Positions 12,991 through 27,357 are shown, counted from the first letter of the stretch. The stretch: DNA of 52,168 bases from Octopus sinensis (GCF_006345805.1 NW_021834177.1:1-52168); one strand, 5' to 3'. Numbers and translations are program-made. The notes: generated from the letters alone by a model not told the origin.

Positions 12991-13971
12991 GGCCTTCTGC
13001 CCAAATCAGAAACTCTTTGTTCTATTTTCTTAAATTCTGAAGACAATTCAGCCTCCATTGTCTTTGCCTTAATCCCACCAAGTCCATTTCCTCTGTTAAG
13101 GAAATTGATATTTCGTCATAGCAGCACCATTTCAACAGACAAATTCCGGAGACGTCATAAATTCTTTCCTGCTATATTCATTATTGTTTATACGGTTTCA
13201 TTGATTAGACATACGGTCAAAGGTACTCCATTCCTGACCATTCCATCCGTCATTTCTAGATTATTCTAGATTATTGATTCCATTATTCGATATGTCCATC
13301 ATTTTTTTAAGACAGTAGTGTGTAATTTAAGGTGATTTGGTTTCTACCTGTAGCATTCCGAGTGACTATGTAAAGGTTCTTTCATTGGATACCTGAGGGA
13401 TTCTAATTGTTAATGATGCGGGTCACGTTTGAAACTGCCCCCCCCCCCTCTCTTTAAAAATACAGCAATAAAAAACACACTATTCTTCCCCCCACTCCGC
13501 CCCCGATCTTTATTCTGCTTTATTCTTCGCCACTGATTTTCTACTTTGATTTCAGTGAAATTATTTGAGTTTGTTTAAACCTAAACCGAGTTAACTGTGG
13601 AATCAGATTAAAATGAAGAAAGTAATAGAAAAACAAAAAGAACCACCATCTAAACTTGGCGAATTCCATTGCTTTTCTTTGTGCGGCAGAACATTGATTG
13701 TTTAAAACAAGAAATTATAAAGGAAAGCAATAAGACAAAGAATAGATCGCTATAGATCAGCTTGGGAATTGGAAAGAGGTTGGAGGTTTTCGGTTCGAAG
13801 ATTGCCATGTGAGTATATCCAATTTGTAAAAGTTTACCATTGAAAAGGTTTGCCTTTGTTGTTGTTGTTGTTGCTTTTGCTATTGTTGTTGTTGTTTTTA
13901 TCAACCATTGCACTGCAGCCACACTCCTCTTCGCTCCAATCCCATCTAAATTTATTTATCTATTCATTTGG

Positions 13972-14012
<41 letters not shown>

Positions 14013-14169
14013 TCTACATTCTAATATCGTTTACCGATCTTTCTTTCTTTCTTTGTTTCCGTCTTCGCTTTGTTCTTGATTTCGTTAATCTTTTAGATAT
14101 ATGCACATATACAGATATTTCATATAAATATATGTATACACGTATGTATGTGTGCATGTGTATATATAT

Positions 14170-14218
<49 letters not shown>

Positions 14219-14227
14219 TATATATAT

Positions 14228-14334
<107 letters not shown>

Positions 14335-14366
14335 TATATACATATATGTATGTATGTATGTATATG

Positions 14367-14406
<40 letters not shown>

Positions 14407-16031
14407 TATAAGTGTGTGTGTGTGTGTGTATTTGCATGCATATATATAAATACGCACACACAACATATCTATATATACATACATACATACACACACCTAC
14501 GCACAATTTATACATACATGCATGTATAAATATATATATAATTAAAATTTATATACCTGCACACAATCACAAATATATATATATATATATATATGTATAC
14601 ATATATATAAATATACATGTATATGTGCGTGTATGTATGCATCTATATAAATATATATATATGTATACATATAATATATATATATGTATATAAATATATA
14701 TATGTGTGTATATATATATTTGTGTGTGTATATACATATATACATCTATATAAATATATACATGTATATACATATTTGTTGTTGTTGTTGTTGTTGTTTT
14801 CATTACCCTCAATCACTTAGACGTTCATTCGGCATATCTTCAGATATATCTGTATTTTCCTATTGATTGCTAAATGAAAGATATTTTTTTTTATTTTTTT
14901 TTTTGGACTAGAAATTCCAAGTTCAATTACTAGTATTGGCCCAGCATTTTTTTTTATTCTTATTTTTATTTTTAACATTTGATTTTTCTTATTGTTTTTT
15001 CCTTGTTGTGATACGTTTTTTTTTTTATTATTATTATTATTATTTGATTGTTACTTTTCTTTTCTCTACCGTTTGATAAATGAATTTAACATTAAATTAT
15101 TTGGCATCATATTCTTGAGATGTTCATCTCTGTTATCTTAAAATCTAATCACACCGAAAACTTTAGGAATAATCGTAACAGTTAGCCCCGATAAAGAGCA
15201 ACAGTCATTGGGTGTTGTATTGGACGGAAGCGAAAGAACAAAACATGTCCGCTTTGTCCTGCTTCTACTGCTGCTGCTGCTACCGCTGCTACTTCAGCGC
15301 TTGACCTTTCTCCGCTATCTCTCTGTCAACTTTAATTCTCTCTTTGCCGGCAGAATATTAATATCAACTTTGCTATGTGATATTTCTTAATGAGTGAGAG
15401 AGCGGCAGAGGTGGAGAAGGAAATGGTGGTGTCTTTGTATATTCATTGTGCCGTATATTGAGATAGGAGTATAAAGACTGAAGTGGACACGATCGAAATA
15501 ATCTAATGCCGAGATCTCGCTTTTGATAAAAACAATTGTGTTTTGATTGAGTGTTTTATATGATGTACACTAACGTCCGGTGAGTGGTTGACGTATCAGC
15601 ATCATCATCATCGTCATCATCATCATTATCATCAACAACAACAACATCATCGTCATCGTCATCATCATCACCACAACAATAATAATCATTATATAATGAT
15701 TAGTGAGGTCTTCCTCGCGGTTTGCTGACAGGAATTAGATATTTTGATACTAATTGCCGCACCATTATTTTGACAACTTTCGCAACAAGCTAAATCTACT
15801 GTCTAGGTAAGCAGCGCCACCTGGTCATTTGTTACCCATAACGAAGTTTGCCCTGTTACTGAGATTTCGCTCTAAATTCGAAAAGAACTTACATGTAATC
15901 ACTGGAACCCCAAGAAAGGCCATTCACTTATCAAAGTTTTAGATACACGCGATAGCTTCATCTAAATTCCGTCTCATGGACATTGCTCTTTTATGCAATA
16001 ATATATGTGACTTTTGGCTCACGAGGCGTTC

Positions 16032-16271
16032 CTTTTACTTGTTGCGGTCATTTGACTGCGGCTATGCTGGAGCACCGCCTGGAAAGATTTTAGCCGAACA
16101 AATCGGCCCCAAGGCTTAGTTTCTAAACGTAGTACTTATTCTATCGGTCCCATTTGCCGAACCGTTAATGTTACGGAGACATAAACACACCAACATCAAA
16201 TGGTGAAGGGGGGACAAACACAGACACAAAGACACACACACGCGCACGCACACACACAAACACACACACAC

Positions 16272-16338
<67 letters not shown>

Positions 16339-16370
16339 ATATATATACATATATACATATACACATATAT

Positions 16371-16424
<54 letters not shown>

Positions 16425-16660
16425 TTATATATACATATAAAAGTAGATAAATGATTAATATTTATATGTATTTTTTTTAATTAAATTTTATATATATATA
16501 TATACGACGGGCTTCTTTTAGTTTCTGTCAACCAAACCAAATCCTCTACCCACAAGGCTTTGGTAGAGACTATGATAGAAGACACTTGCGCGAGGTGCCA
16601 CGCAGTGAGACTGAATCAGGGACTATTTGGTTGGGAAGCAAGCTTCTTACCACACAGCCA
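16032..16660 (-). mobile_element. tRNA-derived CORE-type SINE, family B, with an expanded internal microsatellite
   Basis: Head (16505-16660) and tail (16032-16240) match the 51262-51668 copy in reverse and are separated by (CA)n/(TA)n. Confidence 0.8.
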
Positions 16661-19238
16661 AATTCATACATTTTTTTTACGCCAGTGTGGATCCATAAAC
16701 TAATTTTGATAAGTGAATCTGGTATGTTTGTTTGTTCGATCTCTTCCGTTCCTCATTTGCCTTTTTAAGTTCCTCATAATTCTTCTACATGTTTGAATGT
16801 TAATATTCTGTAAACCACAGATCCATCTCACGTTGAACCTGTCCTGGTTGATGTAAGAAATCTGACCTGTTTTAAAATCTGACCTGTTGATGGTGCGTTA
16901 AGTTATGATGTAATTTCTTATAAATAAAAGTAAGATAAACTAGTGCCTCAGCGGATATTTTAATCTGAGACACCAAAATTGAAAATTCCATATTAATCCA
17001 GGTGAATCATTTCAAATCACTTGTTTTATGTACCATACATATAGTGATGTAGAAGTCCATTTAGCATTCTTCTGAAAATGGATTTCGGATGTTAATCGGA
17101 ATAATTAAAAATTCGCTAATAAATATTCTTTTATTTTTTTTTTTTCGAAAACTTTTCCAAACTTATGGTGGCAACTCATAATAATTTCAGAGTTGATTAT
17201 CAATCAAGTTTTCTTTAAATAATAAAATACATAACATCACTTGTAAGTAAAGATTATATTAACTAAGAATTCCCACCATACGGGTAGGCAGTCCTTACCA
17301 CGAACCAGAAAATGTATCGAATCTTCTTTTCTGTTAAATGTCAGATGACGTTAGCCAAAGAAGAATTACGCTTTTTGTTTATATCTCGAATTAACACCAC
17401 GTGATCACACCATCGCTAATGGAAAAAAATATCCGCCATTGTACTTACATATCTTCAGTCTGGCCGGAGAATTTATATACATTATTTTTACGGGGACTCT
17501 CGTTGCCAAGAGGACAGACGCTTCTATTTCAGAAACTTTAATATTATCAATTGTTTTACATCTACTTGCGATACTTATTAGTTTTCTACGATTGTTCGTG
17601 TTACCACTACTCCTAAATTTACCATCATCATAATCATTATTATTATTATTTTCATCATTGTTATTACTGTTATATATAACAGCTCTTATGGGACGAAAGT
17701 ATGCTGTGATTTGAATTTTGCTGTTAATTCTAAGATATTTGCAATCATATATCTGCTGCACCGGAACTGACCTGGGGCTACATAACGATAAAAATGCCCG
17801 TAAGGTAACGCGCTCCCGTTTAATAGAGACGTACAACACGGTTTTTTCGAACGAATCCGTACCATGACAGATTCAGTATGTCGCCCTATTTAACGCCACC
17901 CCTTTTGATGGACTTAGTAGAATACATTCTTTAACAATCAGTCAAGAGGAACATCGACCGCATCAAACCTGTCATGAAGGCTACGGACACAGCCCTTTCT
18001 GCAGATCAATGTAATATAGCTATATGGACCGGGCTGCTACTTTGAATCGAACCCTTCCGTTCCCTGATAGTAATATCGGGCCATAGACATTATTATTCTT
18101 GCTCTGACTAAGACATTACAGATTAAATGAAAACTTTAAAGAAACTGCCGCTTTCTTTCACATTTAAATTAATGGGACATTTAAAAGAATTGGTAATATA
18201 ATAGTTGTAGAGTTTGATAATGAGAAAAGAGAAAGATGCATAACATCGACTCAATTAATCCTTAATGATTGCTGCTTTAATTACTTGACTCGTCATTGCC
18301 TTTAATAGGAATTAGAAATAATTTCTCTCATAAATTAAGTCCTCACTGCTTGAAGAAACTTAAAGCAACTGGTTGAGTTTTAATTATTCGAAATATATTT
18401 GTATGGTAGAATATCTAGTTGTTCTTTGACCCCTTGTCATCTCTGATTCAGTAGACTTAGTAACAAAACCATTCCAATAGTGGCCATCACGTTTTGTTTT
18501 TCTTCTTTTTTTTTAAATGCACAGAATATTCTGGAATACATTGTTTTGTAGTTTTCTTAAGTCATAATTTATGAATTGTGGAAATTTTTACTTGTTGCTT
18601 CAAGCAATGTGAATTCGGTTTCAATCCAATTATATAACACCTTTGGTCAGGTATCTTCTCACATAATCTCCAGCTGATGCAATCGTTGTGGCTATAATTT
18701 GGTAGACGAAGGTTAGATGAAAGCTCATCAGAGGAAGGTAACACCTCACCCAGACATGTACCACCGTCTGGCCCTTGAGTGCCTTTAGGCTCTATTACTA
18801 GCAATCAGGTTAGTTCCCCAACTTAAGTGCAGCTTCCTTCTTTCTTCTTTCAGGCCCAGCAGTCACAACAGCCTGACCCTTCCTGCTTAGACTGAGGCAT
18901 AGGAGAGATAAACTTTTAAAATGTGGTAATTTATTTTCCCTGTTCATAATAATGTAACACAAAAACTGGAAACAAAAAGTACTAAAATGAGTAATTAAAA
19001 GAGAGAAAAAGACTTCCAATTTATGATGGAAATATTTAATGAATGTTACTATAAATGGCACACAAAAGTGCCGCCGTAGTTAATTCAATTTGGAAATATT
19101 AGGAACTATAGAGATTAATTTGTGGTCTGTGGTTTTGGCAGAAGAAGATACCTGACCAAGGTACTATGTTGTAGAGAAATAGTTCTTTATTCCGATGTCA
19201 GCTCTAGACTGGACAGGTTTATGATGAGAAGTATTACA

Positions 19239-19688
19239 GGATCTTTTGACTTTGACCGGCAGATTTAAAAAATAATTTCTTTGTAACTAAACACTTTTAA
19301 ACTTCGTATACTGGTAGAATGTGTCACATAAAACATCTTTTTCTCTTGGCTTTCTTGAGAAAATTCTGTAGTTTGTAAGCTATTTGTTGTTAAATTTCTT
19401 GCATTTCGGCAATTTCAACCAATCAATGACGTCTATTGAGGTTGTTGTTGAACTTGTTGCCAAACAACAGCAGAAATTGTATTCACCTCAATAGAGGTCA
19501 TTGATTGGTTGAAATTGCCGAAATGAAAGAAATTTAACAACAAATAGCTTACAAACTACAGAATTTTCTCAAGAACACCAAGAGAAAAAGATGTTTTATG
19601 TGACGCATTCTATCAGTATACGAAGTTTAAAAGTGTTTAGTTACAAAGAAATTATTTTTAAAATCTGCCGGTCAAAGTGAAAAGATCC
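19239..19688. mobile_element. Foldback MITE-like palindrome (family C)
   Basis: About 204-bp inverted arms (19239-19442 and 19485-19688) with few mismatches around a 42-bp loop. Confidence 0.85.
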
Positions 19689-20054
19689 GTATTACATTCA
19701 TGGCCACCACCTCGTTTTGTTTCCTGACATTATCAGATTAAGGTGGTTTGGTGTGATTTGGGGACAATTACGCTGCTACATCTAGCAGATCGAGCTAACC
19801 AAGAAGAGCCTTCAACGTTAATGTACAGGTATAATGTACCATGAGGAATTATAGGGTAATGCCCCTAAAGCTTAGCCCTTCACCCTTCATCTCACAACCC
19901 GCAGACACTCCATCTCTATTTTCTTAGATTCCTTCACAGAAATCTGTCGATTTTTCTTCGTCCAATTCCGCATTATGTCAGAACAACCATCTCCGAACTG
20001 TTTCATGCTAACATATAATCGATATGAGTTAGTGTTAACATATTTTAATAGAGA

Positions 20055-20093
<39 letters not shown>

Positions 20094-20318
20094 ATTGAAT
20101 AAAACAGCTAAACGAGATGTAATTGTGTGGTGATTGAGAGACAGATATACGCACAGAAAGAGGGAGAGAGGGGAGAGGGAAAGGAAGAGAGAGGGACACA
20201 GAGAGAGAGTGAGAGAGAGATTGACGGTTAGCGTTAACATCTGGTAAAAGGAGCATTAAATGAAGCAACTAACTAAACATAACTGTGTGATGAGATAGAT
20301 AGATAGATAGACAGAAAG

Positions 20319-20389
<71 letters not shown>

Positions 20390-20394
20390 CAGAA

Positions 20395-20455
<61 letters not shown>

Positions 20456-20456
<1 letters not shown>

Positions 20457-20750
20457 GTGTTTCTTTATTAGCCACACAGGGCTACACACAGACGGGACAG
20501 ATTACAAAGTAAAGCTTTTCTTTTTGGGGAGAGAAAAATAAAAGTGGGGTAGGATCAAAAGGGATCGTAAAAGAGAAAGAAAAAAAAGGAAAGAAAGAAA
20601 GGGGAAAAAGAAAAAAAAGGAAAGGAAAAAAACGATCAATAGGGATCGTGTATCGCAGAAATGTCATGATGTAAAGTGTAAAGGGGGAAGCAGATAGGGT
20701 TTATCCGTGGAAAGAAAAGCCTACGGAAAAGACCACGGTAACCTCAGTTA
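20456..20750 (-). mobile_element. Retroposon 3' end (pyrimidine-rich UTR, AATAAA, (CTAT)n tail)
   Basis: On the minus strand GTGTAGCCCTGTGTGGCTAATAAAGAAAACACAT runs directly into (CTAT)n. No ORF is left to classify it. Confidence 0.4.
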
Positions 20751-20782
20751 ATATTGTTACATGTTACTACATTTGTTTGCAA

Positions 20783-21142
20783 GTAAGTAGGTAGGTAGGT
20801 AGGTTGACAAGTAGGTAGGTAGGTAGGTAGGTTGACAAGTAGGTAGGTAGGTAGGTAGGTTGACAAGTAGGTAGGTAGGTAGGTAGGTGGGTGGGTAGGT
20901 AGGTGGGTGGGTAGGTAGGTAGGTTGACAGTAGGTAGGTAGGTAGGTAGGTTGACAAGTAGGTAGGTAGGTTGACAAGTAGGTAGGTAGGTAGGTAGGTG
21001 GGTGGGTAGGTAGGTGGGTGGGTAGGTAGGTAGGTAGGTAGGTAGGTAGGTAGGTAGGCTGACAAGTAGGTAGGTAGGTTGACAAGTAGGTAGGTAGGTA
21101 GGTAGGTAGGTAGGTAGGTAGGTAGGTAGGTAGGTAGGTAGA
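20783..21142. repeat. (GGTA)n microsatellite with recurring GGTTGACAAGTA and GGTG variants
   Basis: Read directly. Confidence 0.9.
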
Positions 21143-21227
21143 TTAGTGTAATAAATATAATAGGAATGAAGCTTAAAACAGCAAGAAAAATACATCAGGA
21201 TGATTAACATCCTCTTATGTGTGGAAA

Positions 21228-21367
21228 ACGCGTGGCCTGAGGGTTAAGGGGTTCGGTTCCTGACCATCAATTGGTGAGTTCAAATCTTAATCCCAGCGCT
21301 GCGGTGTGTCGTAGAGCAAGACACTTCACTTCTCATTAATCTAGTCTACTCAGCTGTGACGAGTACC
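21228..21367 (+). mobile_element. Ancient tRNA-headed SINE remnant
   Basis: GTGGCCTGAGGGTTAAG (A-box-like), GAGTTCAAATC (B-box) and GAGCAAGACACTTCAC (CORE/V-like). Confidence 0.45.
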
Positions 21368-21458
21368 ACCCTAGCTTAGGTGCAGCCCCCCACCCGCCTC
21401 TCTCCCTCTCTCTCCATTGAATCAAGGATTGGGGGAGGACCAAGAGAGTGTTTACATC

Positions 21459-22445
21459 TGTCACTACTGTGACTGGTCACTGCTATGACTGGTCACTGCT
21501 ATAACTGGTTATTGCTATGACTAGCTACTACTGTAACTGGTCACTACTATGACTAATTACGACTGACTGGCCACTGCTACTACAACTTGTCACTACCTTG
21601 ACAGTTCACTGCTATGTCTGGTTACTGCTATGACTGCTCACTGCTATGACTTATCGCCACTATAATCGATCACTACTGCTTGGTGGCTGCTATCTCTGGC
21701 CACTATTACGACTGGTCACTAGTATGACCGATCACTACTGAGTGGTTACTGTGTCTGCTTCCTGCTATGACTGGTCACCACTATAGCTTGTCATTACTAT
21801 GACTGGCCATTACTACAACTGGTAACTACTATGATTGGTCCCTGTTATGACTGACCTCTATTAGGACTGGTCACTGTGATGACTGATCCCTAATTTGACT
21901 AGTCACTACTAAGCTTCGTCCATATTATGATTGGTCTCTCTTATGACTGGTCACTATTGTGTCTGCTAACTGCTAGGACTGCTTTACTATTGTTTCTAGT
22001 CACTCCTACGACTGATCACTACTATTCCTTCTCACCGCTATGACTGGTCACTACATTGACAAGTCACAACTATGACTATTCATTCTTGGGTTTCGTCACT
22101 GCTATGACTGGTCACTATTGTGAATGGTCAGTACTTTGACCGATCACTTCTATGAATAATCGCAACTGACTTGTCATTGTTGTAACAGGTCATTACTGTG
22201 TCTGGCCACTGATATGACTGACCACTGCTATCACTAGTCACTACTATAATCGGTTACTGCTATGGCTGCTTATTTCTATGTCTGATCACTGCTATACACG
22301 ACCACTACAGTGTCTAGACACTGCTACCACTGATTTCTGCCATGATTTGTCACTGTTATGACTGACCACTACCAGAATTTAATGGCCTATGGCAACTTTC
22401 ACTGGTCAGTACTCTGACATATCACTACTATGGCTGGTCACTATT
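21459..22445. repeat. Degenerate 16-bp minisatellite (GACTGGTCACTRCTAT)n
   Basis: Clear 16-bp periodicity at the left end (GACTGGTCACTGCTAT-GACTGGTCACTGCTAT-AACTGGTTATTGCTAT), more diverged further on. Roughly 60 units. Confidence 0.85.
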
Positions 22446-24559
22446 ATGAAGTTGCCTAAAATAAACAAAAGCATGTGACATACTACGCAGTCACACTGAA
22501 GGGCGAATGACCATTGGCTGTACTTTAACATTAGTTGTACTTTTTAAACAAGTATGGTAGAAGACTCTCAAAATATTTGAGCCTCTTTAAAAGTTCATCA
22601 TCTCAGCATAATCTTCAGCAAGTTTTGCACAACAGTTATCAAAGGACCTTGAAGACGATGTACAGTATTGTAGACTTGTTTGTATAGAAAATGTGTAATT
22701 GTGGAATATATATTTCTTAGACGCCATCCGCAGGCAAAAGTACATTTATTAAAATGCCGTTTGCTAGGAACATTAAAAGTCATACGGAGATGATTGGGTG
22801 CATCAGAAAAAAGAGAGAAAGGAGGAGAGAAGGAGAGATAAGCAGACAGATAACAAAGTTAGTGTTAACTTATATTAATACAAAGAGCATTAACATAATA
22901 ACTGGAGATAGGTGCTGAGGGGAAAATACTAGGTAATGACCAATATTATTTTGTTTCGGATATAAACTACTGGAGACAACCCTGCGCGTGTTCTGGTCTT
23001 ATGGTCTATGAACTCATCAATGTCATTGAACGTACTTGATTACTTTAGAAATTCGTAATCGAAGAACCACAAAGGATATTTACAAAACTATTATTATTAA
23101 CCGAAATTTTTTTCTTTCGCCTGCATGAGAAATAACCGATCAGTTACTGTTAACATATTTAGTGCCTTAAGACTAAAATGAAACGAACTAGGAGCTGGTA
23201 TTTTAATCTCATTATCCTATGGTTTTATCGTATTTTAAATAAAAGTTGAAGAATTCAGCAGATATTTTTGGTCATTCCTTGTGATGATACATTTACATTC
23301 AAGAGATTTTGCCGATCTCGCCTGAAACTTCATTTAAAAGTGAGTAGCTTAAATAACCCTATTTTATAATTAAGTTGTCTAATGAAGAATATAATCCGAT
23401 AAATTATCATTTGTGCGGATTTGAGAAGAGGATTAAGGATAGATCAATGATATATTATAACCTGATCTCTGTTAAATTATGAAATAAGTTCAAGCGTCTC
23501 TTGAGGTAATAATGCAAATGCTTGTTTCTATGTGTGTGTATGTACACAGAGAGACATTAAGTTAATTGTGATAACTGAACAGTTTGACCTCAGTGAAGAC
23601 AGCACGCTTGAAGGTATTAAATATTCTTAGCTGTTGTTCTGACTATTAAATCCCTGTGATAATACTTGCTCTGCTGGTCTGTCACTGACTCACATATTTC
23701 CTCATAATGATTTCTAAATGAAGAGATGTCCGCAGTTGTACATTTGCCCTCATCAGTCATCCATTAAGAGAACACACACATCAACGCCAACATCGCCCAC
23801 ATGACGTCTGTCAGGAATAGAAAGAGAGAGAGAATGTGTGTGCATGTTTGTGTGAGAGAGTGTATGTGGCATAAGAATACAGAAAGAGAGAGAGATAAGG
23901 AGAGCAAAGGAGAGAATTATAATGATAGCAACCAATACATGTGTGATGTCAAAGGAACCAGAAGTGTTATTCAGTGTAAATGAAAACCTATTCGAAAAGG
24001 TTATATCATTAGCTTTGGAAATCATCTCCTTCAGATCTAGCGAGATCTTTAAAACACATATCGCCTGCGTATATTTTATTTATGTTAACGAAATAATATT
24101 AAGTAACACGTGACTCCAAAAAACAAACAAGAATGCCATTAAGCATATACAGTCGTGAAGAAAATGGCGGAATGCAGTTGACACAAACAATGCAATTTTA
24201 GAAAAAACGTCTCCTCTTTTCTAACTGAGCTCCGTTCGATGTTTCAAAGAGAGCGGGTTCAAACAACATTAGCCCACGGTAACATGGGTTAGTGAACGCT
24301 ATACCGTATATTCCATAAATGCAGCAACTATTTCAGTGAACCACTGTGGTAATACGGTTATCATGTGAGCATATATAAGGGTATAAACATATAGAGAGGT
24401 AGAAATGTTTATGGTGGTGTGGTACACGAACATAAGGTAACATACACATAGTCAAAAGGCAGACATATTTAGTGGTACTGACAAACACACTCAGAGTGAT
24501 ACAAGCATAATATTAAGACATGCAGTTGTATAGGCAGAACGTAAACATGTTCGGTGAGA

Positions 24560-25320
24560 AGCTTGCTTCCCGCGCATGCGTCGGTCTATTCGTTGTGTTG
24601 ATTTTTGACGTGGATTTTTTAAATTGTGTTGATTTTTTTGAGCTACTTGGCAGCGGTTTGTCGGTGAGTATTGTACCGGTGGAAAGGAATGTATTCGGAC
24701 CTTAGCGAATATGAACTGTCCTCAGCAGAGGGGGAGATCGTTAAGGTGGTAAACAGAATGGACGAGCATTTGGAAAGAGTAAAGAGTTTTGCGGAGGATG
24801 CAGAGGTAAAGAAAAGGGAATTGGACCGAAACTTGATTGAAGGAGCTGTGTAAGATGACATAGAAGGTGGCCAGTGATGTAAAGTTATTACCCCCGAAAA
24901 GGGTTATGGTAAATATGGAAAAGAAGATCATTATCTACAAGGTGTACTCAGTGGAGAGTAGAAATATGGAGCGGATGGAGATGGGAAAAGTAGAAAAAGC
25001 ATTGAAGGGGCTTTCGAAGGAAGTTACATATATAGCGAAAGGAAACGGATATGGGACGGTGGTTGTCCAGTTTGGGACTTCTTAAGTTACCACTTCGACA
25101 CCAAATCAGGCTGGAGAAGAGATACCTGTCACAGGATATGTTCGTGAAAAGATGGAAGCAGCGAGTGACTGGGTCCAGGTAAGTCGGGCCAGAAGGAAAA
25201 GTAAATGTTCGGGACTGGCGGTTGGATGCCTTTCCTTCTGTCACACATTGCAAAATTTGCAATGATCATCAAGTTGATACTGAAATTTTTAAAAGGAAAA
25301 AAAAAAATTCTGACAGCATG
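24560..25320 (+). mobile_element. Decayed ORF1/gag-like relic, possibly of an L1/Tx1-type LINE
   Basis: Consecutive broken ORFs 24671-24853 and 24867-25085 with coding-like composition, and a CKIC..H remnant near 25250. No diagnostic motif is intact. Confidence 0.3.
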
Positions 25321-25689
25321 ACATTTATATTTTATCATTCGGAACTGTTTCATTCGTAATAACCAACTTCTTCACCCTCCATGTTTGTCTGTCCTTATTT
25401 ATCCCAATCAATGTACGGCTTCCATAGCCAATTTATGAAATAAAGAAGCTTTCTTCCGGTTGAAGACTTTGGTCGTGTTTTTTTGGGGGTTTTTTTGCGC
25501 TCTGTGAGTTTTAATTTTTATTGTTCAAACTCTTTTATTTAATGTAAACTGTTGTTGAAAATTATTGCTGAAAATTGTTTTTGTGAGCTGTTGCTTGTTT
25601 GCAGGCTGTGTTGGACTGGATTCTTCAACGGAGTGCATTTTTTAAAATTTAGCCTTTGTAGACACTGTTGAACTGCGTCCTTCCCCCAA

Positions 25690-26135
25690 ACGGGGGTGGG
25701 ATTTGAACTCTTATTCCTATTGCGAGGAATTTGTTTTTTGAACTGTGAAAAAAAAGGGGAAACCTACAATTTTTTGGGGGGGAGGGGAATATATATTCAG
25801 CTGTTTTAGGTGTGGGATTTGAACTGTTATTCCTACTGGGAGGAATTTGTTTTTTGAATTGTGGAAAAAAAAGGGAAACCTACAATTCTCTTTTGGGTTA
25901 AAAAAATTTATTCAGCCGTTTTTGGCTGGTTTTTTTTAGCTGCGCCCCTCCCCCTGACAGGTGTGGGATTTGAACTGTTGTTCCTCTTGAGAGGAAATAA
26001 TTATTTTGAACAAAAAGAAAGAGGAATGGAATCCTATCATTTTTCCTTTGGGAGAAAAAACTGGGTTTTTTTCAGCCGTTTTTAGCTTTATTGAGCTTAC
26101 GCCTCTCGCTCTGAGAGGGTTGGAATTTGAACTTA
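25690..26135. repeat. Four diverged 115-157-bp tandem units, each with GG(G/A)ATTTGAAC
   Basis: Motif at 25698, 25814, 25965 and 26122. The first three units also share TTCCT-N6/7-AGGAA, an AAAGGGAAACCTAC-like segment and TTCAGC(C/T)GTTTT. Confidence 0.75.
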
Positions 26136-26821
26136 CTGAATGCCAGAGTTTTCAGCTAATTTATCTCGACAGAAATGTCGGTGGGGATAATAATAGAAAA
26201 ACGAATATTGATCAAGTTCGACCCACAGGAAAAGTACACAAATGATGTGATAGCACCGCACAACACTAAAATATTATATCCAAAGCATGAGGACTATCAT
26301 AGACAATGTGCTTGGATAGAAGAAATATTATTTCAACAGCTGAAGGGGAGAGGGATCCAGAAGCCATCTCTAGATGAACAGACGTTCTAAGATACCTCAG
26401 GGAAGAGGAGAAAAGAAGGACCCCGCCTCACCAGACGTGAGGTCGGCACCCACATCACTAATGAAAGGTAAGTAGAACTTTTACTTTTATTGTATATTTG
26501 TTATATTTTGTTGTATAAATGTGGGTGTGTTTGTGTGTATGTATAACTGTGTGTGTGTGTGTGATCAGTGGCACAATCATCCTTGCTATTAACTCCAATG
26601 CGGATGATTCCAGAATAAATTCTCCACCGATCGAGTGCAGGAAATAGATAGACATGTGCTAACAAGGTATCACAACTACCACTAACACCACCACCACACC
26701 ATCATCATCACAACTACTTTTGGTTGCAGTAACAACAACAAAAATGTGACCACCCCCAACAACAACAAGAATGTTGTCGGGGATTATACAAACAACAACT
26801 TAACATCATCAACAACAGTGA

Positions 26822-27222
26822 AGGCGTCGAGCTGGCAGAAGCGTTAGCAAGCCGAGCGAAGTGCGTAGCCGTTACGTTCTGAGTTCAAATTCCGCCGAGG
26901 TCGACTTTGCTTTTCATCCTTTCACGGTCGATTGAGTAAGTACTAGTTACGCACTGGGGGCGATATAATCGACTTAATCCGTTTGTCTGTCCTTGCTTAT
27001 CCCCTCTGTGTTTAGCCCCTTGTGGGTAGTAAGGAAATAGGCATTTCGTCTGCCACTACGTTCTGAGTTCAAATTCCGCCGAGGTCGACTTTGCCTTTCA
27101 TCCTTTCGGGATCGATAAATGAAGTAGCAGTTGCGCACTGGGGTCGATGTAATCGACTTAATCCGTTTGTCTGTCCTTGTTTGTCCCTTCTGTGTTTAGC
27201 CCCTTGTGGGTAATAAAGAAAC
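26822..27222 (+). mobile_element. SINE family A head-to-tail dimer
   Basis: Monomer 26822-27040 plus a 5'-truncated monomer from about 27042. The 13-mer ATCATCAACAACA flanks the pair (26805-26817, 27224-27236). Confidence 0.85.
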
Positions 27223-27357
27223 AATCATCAACAACAAGAACAATAGCAAATACGACCACTACCGCCGCCACCACCTGTTCTGCAGAAGCAACAGAGTGCA
27301 ATACAGGTTCTCTGGTTGTTTCCGTCACATTCAATGTAAATATAACGGATCTTTCCC

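Noticed and set aside
17871-18010. Short frame IQYVALFNATPFDGLSRIHSLTISQ resembling a leucine-rich repeat
   Set aside because: The LRR spacing is wrong, the frame is under 50 codons with a stop just upstream, and the splice signals are weak.
18562-19061. Two short minus-strand ORFs with an acceptor-like CTCCTATGCCTCAG
   Set aside because: No recognisable domain and no supporting exon partner.
21459-22445. Regularly spaced repeats that might suggest a CRISPR array
   Set aside because: The context is eukaryotic, the units are contiguous with no unique spacers, and there are no cas genes. It is a minisatellite.
26175-26390. 71-aa ORF MSVGIIIEKRILIKFDPQEKY...
   Set aside because: No motif I can recognise; probably decayed TE sequence.
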